Origin: Lama guanicoe
Taxonomy: Eukaryota
DNA length: 64,000 nt
Direction: 5' to 3'
NCBI GenBank assembly: GCA_013239625.1
Contig: MU053934.1
Location: 10,517,003 to 10,581,002, forward strand
Positions 61,630 to 64,000 of the stretch are shown here, one piece after another (positions within the stretch are counted from its first letter, which is position 1; each line of letters opens with the position of its first letter). The notes under the pieces are model-generated. The model was not told where the DNA came from, ran no database searches, and saw nothing but the letters and a program-made list of their open reading frames with translations. A program made the translations under genes and the position numbers.

Positions 61630-62261
61630 ACTTATACTCCAGAGTCCAGGCTGCGTTAGAGTCACCCGAGGGCCTGTGTGGTGGGCAGAGCAACGACCCT
61701 CCAGAGGTGTCTGCACCCTGATCCCAGAGCCTGTGACTAGGTGACCTCACCTGGCAAAGGGGACTTTGTGGCCGTGATTAAGTTAAGGGCCTTGAGATGG
61801 GGAGATGGTCCAGGTGGGTGGGAGCTGGGATGTGGGTGTGGTGATAGAAGGATGCTCAGAGAGGCACGTCGCTGGCTTTGAGGAGGGAGGAAGGGCCAGG
61901 ACTCCTGGCGTGCAGGCACCTTCTAGAATCCGGAGGGTGCGAGGAACCGGTTCTCTCAGGGAGCCTAGGAAAGGAAGGCAGCATTGCTCTCTCCTGATCT
62001 TAGTCGGGTGGGACTCGGGTCGGACTTCTGTCCACAAAGCTGTAAAGTAATCAGTATGTGTTGTTTTTATGTCCCTAAGTGTGTCACGATCTGTGCCAGC
62101 GGCGACAGAAAACACATGCAGCTTCTTAAAACCCAGGTGGCCAGGCCCACCGCTGGGCTTCCCATCCCGCAGCGGGGAGGGGCCTGGGGGTCTGCGTTTC
62201 TAATGTGCTCCTGGATGATGCTGCTGCCCTGGCCCGGGAACCCAGCTTTGAGAAGCGCTGC
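61630..62261 (+). mobile_element. MER5A hAT element split by the MLT1D insertion (pieces ~61630-61676 and 62121-62261)
   Basis: gcgttagagtcacccgagggcctg [LTR] gcttcttaaaacccaggtggccaggcccacc...tctgcgtttctaatgtgctcctggatgatgctgctg...ctttgagaagcgctg. Confidence 0.7.
61677..62120 (+). mobile_element. MLT1D-type solo LTR
   Basis: tgtggtgggcagagcaacg...tggcaaaggggactttgtggccgtgattaagttaagggccttgagatgggg...cgctggctttgaggagggaggaagggcc...acagaaaacacatgca. Confidence 0.9.
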
Positions 62262-64000
62262 CCCAGAGGAAAGGAAGGAAGCTAGAGAGGGGAGTCACGC
62301 CCCGGTTTCGGGGAAGGAGGGGGGTCTGAAGTTATCTCTTTGGCTGACAGCTGCCCCCCTAAGGCTGGGCTGGGATGTCAGGGTCCACACATGCACAATA
62401 TGGACCAGTGTTGCTGGAGGGCCCCAGCCAGGACTCGCAGGCCGGGGCCCTAAATCAGGAGCAGGAGCGACTTAGTCGGCCCGGAGGACGGTCAGCTCCA
62501 GGGCAAGGGCAGATCTGGCGCCTCTGTATCCGGGGGCTTTGCTGAGGCCACAAGCATGAACGAATGAAGCTGTCAGTATCTCAGCAGAGAGAACAGGGTG
62601 TCTGGTTGTAAGGACCCGGCAGACACTGGGCAGAAAGCACACCGTAGGCAGAGGCGTGGCTCCCTGGCCCCTGGCATTTCATCTGTAACGTGAGGTGCAG
62701 CTCAGCCTCGTACCCCAGACCTGCCAGGGTGTGAGGACACTCAGTGTGGGAAGGGGGCTGCAGGCGTCTGTAAATAATGAAGCCCCCCAGAGGGGAGTGA
62801 GCTGCCCACGGCCTCACAGAGACAGGTGGCAGGGCTGGGGGCTCAGGCCGGGCTGCTGGACCCCCAGGCCTACCTTCCGGCCATGCCGGCAGCCTCGAGA
62901 CAGTGACAGAGGGGACGAGTTTGGCTGCAGACTCACACACTTCATTCCTGTCTCCTGCTGGCCTCGTTCCCTCCCAGCTCCGTGCTGCTGGCAGTGGATT
63001 TATATATAACAGGGTGTCCGCCCCCTCCCAGTCCATTCCAGCCGCAGCCTCTTTGAAGGCAAAATAGATTCCAGAATGATCGCTCACTAAGAGACATTCA
63101 TCAGTGAGATGTCCTCCATAAAACTGAAATATCATAAAATCGTACACACGTGGGCCGGGGGCTGGACAGGAGCCATATTTCAGCAGGAACACGGCCCGTG
63201 CAGAATACAAGCGCCTGTTTTTGATAAATTAGACCCCAGTTTACACTGTTGCTAGCTTGTTGGAGAGAGTGAGATGGCCATTCAATCAACATTCTGGCTC
63301 CCGGGGCGGCGGGGACAGCAGCTCATCCCCAATCAGTCATCGGCACGGCCTCGGGCTGCGCTCTCCGAAGGGCCTGGGCCCGCTCTGGGCACCTGGGAGA
63401 GCTCTGCTCGGAGCAGGGAGTCAAGGAGACGGATGAAGCCCAGGAAGTCTGCAGTCATGAGCTGAGAGCAGGCACGTGTGTGCGATCCCATCACTCTTCT
63501 GCACCTCGGCCTCTCTGCCCGCATCCTGGGGCCTCTGCTGGCAGGGAAGTGATGCTGGCTTCTGTCCAGGCATCCCGGATGTGTCTGTCGGCTGATAGAT
63601 GGTTACAGCCACGCGGGCCCTGAGTGCTGCTGGGCAGTGAGGGGGACAGGGATGGTCAGAGGGGGCGGTAAGGAGAGCGCCCCAGCACGCCCCCAGCGAC
63701 AGCCTGTGTCCCCCATGGGGCGCGCACTAGGTCTGAAACGCAGAATGTCCACCTCTCTGCTCTGCAGACGAGGAGGCGCCTCGCAGGAGTGGGCTGCAGT
63801 CACACCTGTGTCAGGCAACTTTGCGGTTCAGACCCAGGTCTTCCTTCCTGAAACTGGTGGCCAAACTCTTCAAAGCAGCAGACAGTCACTCCAACCTTGG
63901 CTGAGCCACCGTTTAGCGATGGTGCCGTCGCGTGGCCCCAGACCTAGGTGCAGCCGCTGTGGGAGTCACAGCGATGCTATGAAACTGGCCGTGGGGCGGC

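Overview
Mammalian genomic DNA, most likely camelid (alpaca, llama or camel). The basis is a tRNA-Ala-derived vic-1-type SINE at ~39.35 kb and camelid/artiodactyl-type L1 3' ends. The window is GC- and CpG-rich and mostly non-coding. The first ~1 kb looks like the end of a + strand 3' UTR (AATAAA at 983-988 followed by a GU/U-rich element); I could not identify the gene. The rest is intergenic-looking sequence filled with decayed repeats: L1 blocks at 7.1-12.4 kb, 23.8-25 kb and 51.7-54.3 kb, a younger L1 RT fragment at 35.9-36.55 kb, many MaLR/ERV solo LTRs, two MER21 LTRs, MIR/L2 relics, MER20/MER5A/MER53 DNA elements and micro/minisatellites. Several non-repeat AT-rich islands look like enhancers. 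I recognise no intact protein-coding gene; nearly all ORFs in the track are GC-rich noise or repeat-derived. The best novel lead is speculative: a phase-consistent spliced small ORF at 50.2-59.3 kb. Other leads are a MER53 hairpin with near-perfect arms and a miR-1302-type seed, a higher-order G-rich VNTR inside MER21, and local GC-shifting of old repeats. All repeat family names come from recalled consensus sequences, not from a search.
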